DNA from: Amphiscolops sp. MND2022
Taxonomy: Eukaryota
DNA: 64,000 bases
Assembly (NCBI GenBank): GCA_964187785.1
Contig: OZ076410.1
Span: 17,732,001-17,796,000 of the forward strand
Direction: 5' to 3'
Below are positions 10,747 through 22,916 of the stretch, piece after piece. The notes under the pieces are model-generated. The model saw only the letters and a program-made list of their open reading frames with translations, had not been told where the DNA came from and ran no database searches. The translations under genes were made by a program, and so were the position numbers. Every line of letters begins with the position of its first letter. Position 1 is the stretch's first letter.

Positions 10747-12059
10747 TGTTTTTTGTCACTAGTGACACATGCACGTGAGAAAAAGGGTCTGAATTATGAA
10801 ATGTAAATTTCAGCTGAGTCCATCTTCATGGCACACAACTTTTGACGTCATTAAGTAATTTCAACTTGACAAATAGTGGCAAAAATGCCTACTTGTTCGA
10901 TTTTATATTTTATATTTTGTATAGATAAACTTGTTCCTTGTAATCCAATAATTCACTTTCGGAAATATTGATTAGTTTTATTTCTTTTACTGAGTAATGT
11001 AATGGTTTTAATAATTTCCAAGTAGATCGTTTTTTATCTATAATTTAGATGTTATACATGTATACAATTACATAAGGCCTCGCTTTTAACAGCCATGTCC
11101 CGGCCCTGGTTATTTCTGTCAGCAACAGAACTTGGCAGCATTGGCACAACTATGCATATACAGCAATAAGATCAACTGTGATTCGCTAATGAATTTGATT
11201 GAAATTACGCACACGAAGCGGAGAATAAAGTCAATAACTTTTCTCAAAAATTTGAATACTTTGTCGAACAGCCTCAAGACAAAAAAGTTATTATAACAAA
11301 AAAACGTATGATCCAAATCTTCTCTTGAAGTTGCTTGAAAGTCGTTTTCGTTACCAATTGTTTAGGAATAAACCAAAAAATTCAATAGGTCTCAAGTGGG
11401 GAGTGTTTGGAGGGTTGTTTTCACGCTTCACAAAATCGATGTTCCCCGAAATTAAACCAAGTTTGAACGTCAGTTGCGTAATGAGATGATCCTAAACCAG
11501 GCCAGAAAATACAGTTATCACAACCGCCACACTGTGTGTCAATAAACTGTAAGAGATGAGACTTGAGATAAGTCTGGTAGAGTTCTTTGTCATCGTTTCT
11601 CCTTTTTCGGCCACGTAAACACGACTCACACCGTTGACGAAAACTGCTCACCATATCATTACAATCAACTCACACCTATTAGTAGGATACTCTTTAGTTT
11701 CACGAGGTGTTTGTTGAAAATTCAGTGAGAAAAATCCCGCGCTTGAAGGCATTTTGCATCCAGTAACAAAAATGCATCATCCATTTCCAGTGCTTTTGAG
11801 TGCGTTTGAAGTTTCGTTTTTGCCCAAGTTTATGATGCGTTGAATTTATGATCTGAGGCATCAGGACGCGGTGCTCTCTTGCGGTACTTGATGACCATTT
11901 TTCTGAGTGTTCGGTTGATTGTAATGTGCGAAAATTTGAACCTTTTCATCCACATGAAGTCGGACGTCAATTCTATCTCAATTCCAAGTCCATTTCAATG
12001 CGAACCTCATTTTGCACTGATCACTTCTTATTGTGGCTTTCGCTGCCCACTTGACTTAC

Positions 12060-15000
12060 GAAAGTAGTATAGTAATTGATTTGCTCGAGTTTTGTGAGTA
12101 AATTGTAATTACAGTTCGTGGAAAACCCGAACTATTTGAATGTTTCCGCCTCTTTGTCTTTTTACTCCATTGTTGAATTTTTGATGAATTGCTTGCTTGA
12201 GTTAAAATCTTTCCCGAAGCTAATTGGTTCACAAACGGAAGTCAAAATGGTCTAATTTTACTGTTACTCACCATAGCTGTTTTGCGTGTTGTAGATAAAT
12301 ATTCTGAGTGTCGTTATCAACTGACAAAATTCAGTAACTTTATACTTTATTTAACATTTTGGTAGCTAGTTTGACGGTGCCTTTATAGTCCCACCTTACT
12401 ACCCAAACTTGAGGAAGATCTTGGAAGCAAGAGGCATCAAGCGAAGACCTCACGAGCAGCGCAGAGAGGCTAAGCGAAAACGAGAAGACAACTAAAGATA
12501 AGTTTTTAGAGTCTCGGACTCAGAGCCGCTGTTGTTACCTTCTAGTTGCCTTTCGAATTAAAGGTGAGCTTTTAGAGTATTGGATTCAAAGCGCCGTTAG
12601 TACTTTTTAGCTATTAAGACGCAAATTGTTCGAATCGTGTTTTTTCAAGTCGGCAAAAAAATCAATGTGTAAACCGGAATTGAACCTCAAGGAACCCGAT
12701 GAAGCACATACGTGGCTCAAGGCGTTCGTGGCGCGAGCGCGCGTTGAAAAGAAAAGTTGCATCGACGCAACACCTGAAACTAGTGGAACGCAAGCTGTTG
12801 CTGCCATAGCAAAAGATTATCATGTGACTGATTTCTTCATGAGCCAATGCGGTTGTTGATAAAGCTCAGTAGGCTCGTCGCGCCCAGAAACTTTGAAGAC
12901 ATGAAAATCGTATGCATCCGTATGGATCTCAAAAATTACCTGAAGCGAAAAGAGAGACTCGTGCTTGCAGATGTCTCAGGGGGGAGAAGAAGCAGAAACC
13001 GACTACCTTGCTATGTTCTGAGAGGCTGCGCATTATTGCAAGTTTGGCGATCTCAAAGCTTCACTGGATCGTGAAGTTGAAATGATCCGATTACAATTTA
13101 TCGTCGGACTACGAGACAGAGAATCCAAGTTCAATTTACTTGAGGCACTCAGAGCAAACGACAACTTGACTGTGGAAAAACTGCTTCAACTCAATGAATA
13201 CAGAACCCAGGCCAAGGGATTTGCTGAGAGCTCAGTTTTTCGGTAAACTTCAGGTGTAATTGCATATCCAGAAAAACGTGGCCCCTATTATATAAAAGAT
13301 CTGAGTTGCCGTCAGAAGCCAGAGCAGTGCAGACGATGTGGACGAAAGCCATTCCACCTACTTTATGAGTGCCCTGCAAAAGAGGAAAAGTGTCACAATT
13401 GTTCGATGCAAGGACACTAATCCAGAAAGTACAAAGCTAAAAGAAAAGAAGCATCGCGAACTGAAGGGAAAACCTATCGAAAATCAAATGCATCAGTGTA
13501 CCATACTGGTGAAGAACAAAAATTCGAAGATCCCTCCTCATCAGGAGAAACCACGTTTTTTGCAGAACAAATCGCGACTATAGAAGAGGTTTTACAACAC
13601 TGGATGCAAAACTAAATTTCATAGCATCAAGTTAAAAGGTCATGACGTTCGATTGCAGAACGACATTGGTCTTCAGTGACCATTATCGCAACAAAAAATT
13701 GGCAGAAATTTTGCACTGGCCTTCTATGGATTCAAGCCTATCATTAAAGGGGTTAAAAACATTATCAGACTGAAGCCTGACGCAAAACCTGTTTTTTTTG
13801 TCGCGCTCGGAAAGTTCAACTTGCCATGGAAGCCCGGGTCAAGATTGAATTGGCGAAACTTTAGGCACAAGGAATCATTGCCCCAGTCAATCAAGGAGGT
13901 GTCATGAATGCTTCGCCAGTCATATTGCAAAGGAAGAATGACGGATCGTTTCGTCTTTGACCAGATTTCAAAGTTCATATAAACGATAAGATCATCACTG
14001 AAGACTACCCGCTTCCAGACGTGGAAACATTTCTTCACGAGCTGGAAGGATCAAAGTTTCATGCCAAGATTGACTCATCATCTTCACTTAAGCTGGATGA
14101 AGCAGGTTGTTTGTGTCATCAACACAATGCTCGGTCTCTTCAAGTTACTCAGACTACCTGAAGGAATGAAAAACGCATCCGGAATGTTCCAGCGAACAAC
14201 CGAGAACACTCTCAAAGGACTGGTTGGAACTATCTGTTTTAAGGACGACATACTGGTACACGGAAGAACAAAAAGTCATTGTGAAAAGCGTTGGAGGGCA
14301 GTTCAGGATCACCTGAATAACAAAGGGTTCACCATTAATGAAATTAAATCTGGAAATATCATGGAGAATATCACTTTTCTCGTTTTCACAATTTCAGGAA
14401 GCGGGGTTGAGCCCGATGATTGCCTTGTCAATAAAGTCAGGGAAATCCATTCTCCTCAAACTGTTAAGGAAGTCGGTTATCTTCGTGGATTGGTCAACTT
14501 CTACAGCCGGTTCATCCCGAACTTCCCATCGAAAAATCCCCAATAACTGATATGAGGAAGAGGTCGGTGGCTCAGTTCTAGTGGACTGAAAAAAGTCATC
14601 TTGCATTCGAAAGGCTGAAGTCTGAGCTAGCATCGAAACCTGTTGTTCAGTCTTGTTCTCTTAAAAAGGAAGTAACGATCACAACTGATGCGTCTGAGAA
14701 AACTATTATCGGAGTCCTAACTTTGGAGGGGCACCCTGTATTTATGTATCGAAGACATTGTCTCAGGCTGAGCAAAGGTACTCTAACATTGAGCGTGAAG
14801 CACTGGCGATTGTTTCTGTAGTAAAACGCCTCAAGCAGTTTTTACTTGGCTGAAAATTCATTCTCAAAACTGATCATCGTCCTCTGGAATTCATATTTGA
14901 TCCAAACAAGGAACTCCCAAAAACCGTATCAGCAAGAATTACAAATTGGGCAATTTCGCACATGGCTTTTATTTATGAGAATAAATACAAAAAGGTACTT

Positions 15001-16330
15001 CGATTCCCGATGATATGGGTAGACTTAATTACGATATAGATGACGACGAGTACACTTGAGTCCCAATCTCGATGAATGCTGTGTTCGTTTTGCCGAGCAT
15101 AAACTCATCCCATTGGCGAAGCGATTTATCAGGCGTGTAATCGATGGCGATTGGAGAGCAGGTACTCAAGTGGAGAGTTGTTTCAAGAAATTATCTTAAT
15201 TCCTCACAGTCGAGAACAGGTTGCTATACAACAGAACTAGACCTTACATTCCACCAAGATTGCGGAACATCGTATTGGAAGGAGCTCATGATACGCATCC
15301 TGGTGTCCAGGCGACTAAGAACATTGTGAACCTGATGTCTTGGTAGCCCGGGGTCGCACAAGATGTTGAAAAATTCAGAAGTGCCTTGTCTGAATTTGCG
15401 AAAATCCGACCACGAACTGAGAAACCGGTCGATACTTGGCCGATGTTCAGCTATGGAATCAACTTCACATGGATTGGGCCTATATCCGAGAAGTAGGCAA
15501 CATTCTTATTATTGCCCGCGCTGATTCTGGTTAGATAGAAGCGTTCGTATGCGGTGATTGGCCCACGAAAAAATTTATACCTTGTTTGTCCGCCATTTTT
15601 TGGAGATTTGGGGACTCGCACATATGAGTTTCCGACAATGCAAAAGAACTTATCAACGACAAAGTTGGTCACAGGCTTAAGGCTTCACCAAATTGGAGGG
15701 TCCAATCTACATTCCAAGGAGTAAAGGGCTGTGCAGACTATGAAGAAAGCATTTCAGCAGCGAGTTCTGTTCACACACCGTAACACTTCTTTCGTGAGAG
15801 AGAAGACTCCCTCGGAAGTTCCGCTGAGAAACAAAGTGCGACTCCCTGCTGTCATCATTTATCCCATCAGAGAGCGTGTTGAATTTGGTGCTGAAGCTCA
15901 CGCTGCGTATTTTCCTGAGATGTACGTGGTTGGGAAGGGCAATAATACAGCGTGGCTCACTCAGGAAAATTCAGACGGGTCTGAGAGAACAATTCTAGCA
16001 AAAACTAGCCAAATTGCTCCCTTTGCTAGTCCAATTACCGTTACCCCTGATCTAGTGACGGCTAGATCAACCAGAGATGCAGCTACGACCACGGGAGTGG
16101 CGGAACAAATTTTGACATGCGTTTCTAGCGGAGACACGTCTTGGTTGTAGATACTTCTACTACTCCCGAGGTCCCGATTGGGAGGACTGCAGGTGTCAGG
16201 AAACTGAACCAGAGATTCAATGACTACATTTGCAAGTAGCCATGAGAACTCTAAGAAAGGGGATGAGGTGTATACTGATTCATGTCTTTATTATAGTTCT
16301 GTAATTGATATAATTGATATTTGCTTTATT
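12060..16330 (+). mobile_element. Decayed Ty3/Gypsy LTR retrotransposon (Mag-like gag with paired Cys knuckles)
   Basis: LTR end ..AACA(12356) followed by PBS-like TGGTAGC (12360). Then gag; knuckles CRRCG..CPAKRKKCHNCSMQGH (~13330-13420); RT LRLPEGMKNASGMFQR..CFKDDILVHG (~14150-14260); RNase H TDASEK..YSNIEREALAIV..TDHRPL (~14680-14890); integrase remnants (~15280-15750); PPT AAGAAAGGGGATGAGG (16253-16268) followed by TG. Many stops and frameshifts. Confidence 0.9.
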
Positions 16331-19300
16331 TTAGATGTCGATGTCCCTTTGGTTTGTGCTGTCTAGTGAAAAATAGCTTTTTTTGAAAAATGTTTTGATC
16401 TACAGGAAACACGACAATGAGCATGAATGTTTGTGGTCCGACGGAGCAGTTCTTTTTGGTTAACACTGTAGAGCCTGTGACTTGCCGTTGAAAGCGAGCA
16501 CTTTGAAGACCACTCAAATGGAAAACGTTGCAACGAGAAAAAGCAAAAAGACATAGGAAACGGCTAAAAACTTTGTGTAAAATCTCGATTGCCACCAGTT
16601 TCGCTCCAAAAAAAGAACACTTGGAATGTCTCAAAGATTGGGTGTTCGTATATGGCTACGGGCGAACATACCATAAGAAAAAATATCAATACCAAGTTTT
16701 GTTTTCTCATGCAGAAATTCTCTGAAAAAAGTGGTCCTGTGGTTGCAAAAACCGATGGATTTTGCCCTAAAAACAAAAATGTGTGCGTGACCGAAATTGG
16801 CGCCGTCTGTTTTGACTACCACATTACGAGACACATGCCGAAAAAGTGAATTTCAGTCACGCAGCGTACCGTTTAAAACGTAAAATGGCCATCCATCGTA
16901 AGTCAGTCAAGACGGTCTATGCCTGGACGGTGCAGCTGTGTCAACGCGCGTAATGTAAAATAGAGTAAACTAGCGCGTAGTTAGTAAAAATTAGAAGTTA
17001 GTCCAAACATACACTTTTTCGTAATTAAATCAAACTTTGAATAACTTCCACTTACTGCAAGTAATGCGATCTGGAATCTGCAAATAGTTGAATGTGGTGA
17101 AAGTTTGACTAACTTACACCATATGTATATTCCTTTAATATTCAGTGTTCATTCTAATTTCAATTCACACCAACACATCGTAAATCAGTCGAGTTACACA
17201 ATGATTTAATAAAAAAATAGTAATTATTACCAAGCAATACATGGTACGTATGAACCGCATTGCGCACGTGTATTCTATCCATACATTTTACGTGTAAACA
17301 ATTATATAAATATACATATGATAGACCTTGGAGCTACTAATTAGTATCACTACCTTGTAGTATTCAGAGAAAAGCAGCCCTCATGAATAGTTTTTCCTCT
17401 ATAAAATGTCTAGACTTCGGAAGTTTCAGCAATCCATACAGCTGCTTCAATGATTGTTCCTTTTCCCTCAACCCCCCTTTATGTCGACATAAATGGGTTT
17501 GTACTTTTTTGTTAACCCGCCCTCCTCCTGCGCGACGGTTTGACTTGAGGGTTAGATGGAAATAGAGACCTGGCAAGAGTAAACCAAAAAACGGGGTTGG
17601 GCCATGTGATCTATTTCCCCTTCCCTCCCAAAAAGTTGGGATGGAAATAGAGCAGAAGGTTCAAATGCCATTATGTTGACATCGTTTGGGTTGAAATTTT
17701 GGCCCAATAAAATAATTGATGTCGACATAATCATATCCATTACATAGACTGTAAGTTAAAAGTTTCTTTCTAAATTTTAATTTCTTTTATGCTGATCAAT
17801 AACATCAAAAAAATTATAGTACTTTTTCCACCTGAAGTTTCCAAACAGTTGTAGAGACATCCTTTTAGAATACACATTCTTTCAAGTTTCTCTTATTTGT
17901 GCAAAAGTTTTATTCAACATTACGATACATATGCCGAAAAAGTGAACTTTATCATCCAGTGTAAAGTGTATTATAGGTAAAACGAGAGCGAACCGTATTC
18001 TAGTCAAATAGTGCATAGTGTTCATTGCGGATTGTGATGCACGGTGTAAGAAGAACTTTCGCATGTTTAACATACAGCGTGATTGTGTAAAGTAGTCATT
18101 CACTGTATTATCATCACTACGCGTAACGCCAAATCACACAGTGTAACGAGCAAAACACGTAACGCGTATCTGAAATAACAACGCGTTTTTATTGCCTGGT
18201 AATAGAACTAGCAAGATCTTTCTAGTTCGCTGCAGCATATGTATCGTAATGAAGAACAAAATGTGGTTCCCTGTTGGGGGGATTCCCAACAAGGGGGAGT
18301 AAAAAATGACATTGTACACGGGGTTTTTTGGTGCATTACATCCTGTTGTCTTTTTCAAAGTAAAATGGCTAGTTTAAATAGACAAAAATTTCCAAACTGT
18401 AAAATAATTTACAAATATTAGCCAAACTAATGATTGTTAGTCAATATATAAAAACTTGAAAGATTCGAATAACGTATTTTATGTTCACAAATTTCATATA
18501 TGTTTTCAAAGCAACAGCGTAGTGGCTATGTTGGCGGAGTTGATAGGTCGTGTGGGTATTCGAAGAAAGATGAGTTTACTAGTACCACCGGATCGATCCT
18601 CGCCAACATCACACCGGCTAGGTGACTCTATGCAGACAACCTTGATGAAGATTTCCTTCAAATGCCTTCTGCAAAAGACATCGTTGTTATTGCGTGGAAG
18701 ATCACGTGTGTTCCACTTTCCAATGACAGGAAGATCCCACATGGAAGTGTCACTGCGTTACTGAAGATGAAGATGAAGATTTCCTCCTTATCGATTCAGC
18801 AAATAGGAAGATCCCACATGGAAGGATCACTGCGTCACCGAAGCTGAGGCTTTCTCCATATCGATTCGGCAACAAAAGACATCTGTCGTGTTCCGCTTTC
18901 CAATGGAAGGAGATCCCGAATCGAAGGATCACTGCGCCACTGCATCCCTTTTTCATGAGAAACAACAATGAGTGACTTTTTGGAAGGGTCAAAAATCCGG
19001 GAGGGGGGTTGTTTGCAGAACAGATCTAAACTATTTTTCTCCACCAAATTTTCCACGTAAAAAATTGCTGAAGCTTTATTGCTGAAGTTGTTCAAAAAAG
19101 TATTCTTTTGTTACAGAGTCTGAAATATTTCACTGGGAAGAGGCCCCCGAGGCCGTGCCGGCGGAATTAACAAAAAGAACCCCATGGATTGAGTAGAGAA
19201 CTGTTGAGTTATAGTCGCTGACGTGATGCATGATTTTTAAACTTTTCCGTTTTTTGATTCCTGTCGTGAGCATCGACAAAAACTGTCCCAAAAAAGTACG

Positions 19301-20919
19301 AATTTGAAAACCAAAAATGAATTCAAAACATCCCCGACCAACATGACCCCTCTCCCATTAATATGAACCCCGCCCGCAAAGAAATGTTTGTGGTAATAAC
19401 AACCCCCCACCATTACAATTTTAGGAATGAATTTTGGAGAAAAAGTTCATCAACGATAAATAAGTTAACGGCAAAATAGGGTGGATTCCCAAAGAGAATA
19501 AAAGCAAAAAACAAAAAACTAAAATTAATTTCGAAAAACATGAAAAAAATGTTTACGAGAAAGTTGTAGAAGTCCAAAGTGTTCACAAATTAAACGACTC
19601 ACTGGCCAAAAAGAATGCAAATCACAGATAAAACTTCGTGAAGTCGATTTTTCAACCGAGTATTTGGTTTTTTATTTGTTAAATGTGACTAATTTCGTTT
19701 CATGTTATATGCTCTTGTGTTATTCAGAGTTTAGGACGCTATTCAAAGTTTGGAACGTACATCAAAATAAGTTTGCAGTCAAATTAGAAAAATCCATTAG
19801 TTCAAAAGTAACAGCTTATTGATAATTGTAAACTGAAGATTTTCATAAGTTAAGGAATTTCTCTCTGAAGCTGATCGAGCTAGTTCATTCGTTTGTTTAC
19901 CATTCATCAAATTGGAGATGTTGTTGCAGCTATTCAATGTTTCAAATAGGATGCGAAAATTTCCTGCCTTATAAGCAAACAAAAGTTTCAACTTAGAGCT
20001 CTCATTTCCTTCTAAGGTAAAAAGTATTCCCTTCCTGTTAGATATTTACTTTCTTTGGTCACCGCAGTGACTCATCGCCGATAAACAAGCCCGTCTACTA
20101 CCTTATTTGGTCAGTAAGTGCCTGTTTTACAGTACTTCAAGTTTGATCACGGTAAGATTCAAATTAAATTGGCGGTAATCAGAACTTCTTGAATGAACCA
20201 ATATCTTTACTGAGCTTTGGGTGGAATCGGAATTAACTTTCAGTTTTCATAGTAATCATTGGCAAATCAAATGAAGAATTTTGGAAAATGACAATAATTT
20301 CATTGATTTATCGATAATTATGAACGCCAGCACGACTACGAAAAAATAAAGATTGACAGTTCCATCGTGATACTTTCTTACCACTGTTACGTTACGCCTC
20401 TGAAAACAGAACATCCTGGTTCTCATTCATTGGTCCGAGAGACAAAGTTCAGCTTCCAAAATGATCAATACTTGAAATTAACCAAAGCTGTTGAACGATT
20501 AAACATTCTCCCTTCACAGAAGTTTTTCATTAAAGGGTTAGGTAAGCTAATGACAGTTTTTGTTTCCTTCCGAAAGTATACTCTGCAGTGTAAACCTACA
20601 AAAGGCATCATGATGAGCTAAAAATTGTCCTTGATTTTTCTATGTTAGTCACCATCTGAAAATTTAGTCACTTCACTAAAAGTTTCAAACAAAGACATGG
20701 CTTCTAGTTAACTCCCCTTCAAAGCGATTATTGCTTTCGATATAGAATTGGAATTCCTCGCAAAGGAACTGGAAATAAAGTAAAACCACCCTGTGCGTTT
20801 TCCAAAATGCAATTCAAAAAGCGGTCAGGAAGGTAGCCCTTCAGGTACGGTAAATCTGAGTCAAACACTTTTTAAAGACCAAGTTTGATCTCGTTAACCC
20901 GAATAAAATGGCGAATTCC

Positions 20920-21230
20920 CAAATAGCATAACAGCAAATAATATAGAAGTGAAATTAGTTTCATTTGACATAAAAAAAAATGAGTTTAACTAAACATAAA
21001 AATGGAATTGTTTACCAGAGAGTTTCAGTGGTCAAAAGCATTCACAGTTGAAAAGATTCGTTGGAACAAGTATGAGAATTGCAAATAAATTTTCGTGAGT
21101 TCGATTCTTTAACCGGCTATTCGGTTTCATTTCTATGTAATATGAAGCCAATTTCATTTTTATGTTAAATGGAACTATTTTTGTGTTTGTTATTTGCTCT
21201 CTTTTGCTCTCTCTTATGCTATTTAGTTAT
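20920..21230. mobile_element. MITE family B (inverted ends AATAGCATAA..AAATTAGTTTCA; internal TCAAAAGCATTCACA..TTAACCGG)
   Basis: A second copy lies at ~25760-26040 and a partial end at ~42085-42150. Confidence 0.55.
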
Positions 21231-21685
21231 CGTAAACTATCGGTACGTAAATCGTTATTTGGTACGTAATCAATAAAACAGGTCCTTCATGTGAGCTTAA
21301 GTGTTTTCTTTATTCTCGGAGCGCTCAAGACAGGGACCAAAATTCCAAAAATAGCTTGAGTCAAACAGTTTTTAAGTTTTGGTCCCTGTAGTGAGCTCAA
21401 TCGCTTCAAACAAATTCTAAACTATTGTCTGCAAGATGATTTTGGTCCGTGGTGTAAGTGCATTCCAGTAAAATGTTTCAATGACTATCTTCTTCAACGA
21501 CTTTTGACGCAGAAAAACGCTATTTTGGAACTTCTATCATAGTTTATTTTCATAAATGTTAAGGAAATAAAAGATTAGGAGCAATGTTCTTCTACATGTT
21601 CTCCATTGTTTTGAAAATCACATTGGATACAAGTGTCGCGTGAACGTAAATGTTTTTGCTGAAATTCAGAGTTGATGTTTTTTCT

Positions 21686-22075
21686 TCAGAGACTTTTGAC
21701 TTTGAACTTCAGTGACGTTACGACAGCTGTTCCATTCGCGACTTTGTCCCATTCGTCGCCCAATACGTTGTCCAATGCCGCTGTCGAAAATGGGCTGTCT
21801 TCTTTTATGGAGAATGTCGCTGGAGCATTTGTGATACCAAAGTCATGAATCATAGCAGTGATGCAAGGGGAACAATCTTGCTCGATATCTTTGACTCTGC
21901 TGCTTTCAATTAGAGAATTCATCAGCAAGTTGTTCAGGTTAGAATAAACCCAAGATACTACAGCATGGTCGCCGTTTAGCGGCGCGCCATGTGGGTTTTC
22001 AATTGCCCCAAGACTTTCCCCGGTGACAATCGAAAGGTACTGTTGCATTAATAACGGGTCGTCATTTTTCGCCAC
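21686..22075 (-). CDS. Intronless 129-aa ORF of unknown function within the motif-bearing block
   Basis: Open frame with protein-like composition (DDPLLMQQYLSIVTGESLGAIENPHGAP...); no family recognised. Confidence 0.35.
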   Translation of the reverse strand: MAKNDDPLLMQQYLSIVTGESLGAIENPHGAPLNGDHAVVSWVYSNLNNLLMNSLIESSRVKDIEQDCSPCITAMIHDFGITNAPATFSIKEDSPFSTAALDNVLGDEWDKVANGTAVVTSLKFKVKSL

Positions 22076-22625
22076 TTCTACAAAACAATTTTTCTGTACC
22101 GAATGAATTTGTCTTGTACCATCAGGGTTACCAAATGAATTATTGTTGTGAAAATAAATGACAACGTTTTAAAAATAACCTATTGACCCTATTTTGGTTG
22201 GTGATAAAGGCCATTCAGTGAATGATAATAGATGTGTTTGCCAAAGGTGAGAATCTACTAGTAGTCGTGTCAACAGAATTCATATCTCTCACGATTCGTA
22301 AGTTAGAAAAAGTCAAATCAACTAGAACTGTCAGTGCAATTTCTCATGCGGCTGCCGACAACTACCAACGTTAAGCTTGCAATAACATCTCATATCCACA
22401 AAACAACTACTATACGGGTATTTTTTTGTCTAGAGAAACATTGTCCGGCAGTTGCGACGTTGATATAACTTAAATTTTTGCAAGCACCTATTTAGGTTTT
22501 TACTTTGATTACTGTAATGAAAATGGGTAAATTTAACAAACGACCTTCAGAGTCTAGCAAAAAAACAGTTGTACTTCTGACGAAAAAAGTATTGAAGTAG
22601 TATGTTCGGTGAGCCAGCTTTCAAA

Positions 22626-22916
22626 TTAAGGTACATCAATTTTAGTCTTCTTCATAGGCCTCACTTGGACCGTGGCCTCTTTGTCGCATTCTTTTTGGTT
22701 GAATCGGCTGTTCTGGTCGCAAGAAACTTGTTGAACATGTTTTTTGTCTGATTCATCCGAATCGGATGAGTCCTCGTGCTCCTCGAACATGATTTGTTTT
22801 AAAAAATGAAGTTCCCTTTCGACACCGTCTTTAGCATGCGCAAGTGTATAATGAACTTTGTCGTTCCTAACGCGGTTTTCTTTCGTGTATCCCAGAACAT
22901 CAAGGGTCAGGGACAA
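22626..22916 (-). pseudogene. ORF fragment of unknown function with an acidic tract (EEHEDSSDSDESD)
   Basis: ORF-track entry; upstream frames are disrupted. Confidence 0.3.

Larger units (their letters stand above)
8510..11060 (+). repeat. Tandem segmental duplication unit containing methyltransferase paralog 2
   Basis: Collinear with 1480-3960, with an extra segment near 8630-8790. Confidence 0.85.

Noticed and set aside
11420-12000. Minus-strand Cys-rich fragments (CESC.., CGGCDNC) and an integrase-like HKLGQKRNFKRTQKHWKW stretch
   Set aside because: Too short and disrupted to assign; could be TE debris or chance.
12060-12356. A matching LTR pair for dating the Gypsy insertion
   Set aside because: The sequence after the PPT (16269 onward) shares only a ~15-bp weak similarity with the region before the PBS and is cut off by other repeats, so LTR boundaries are not established.
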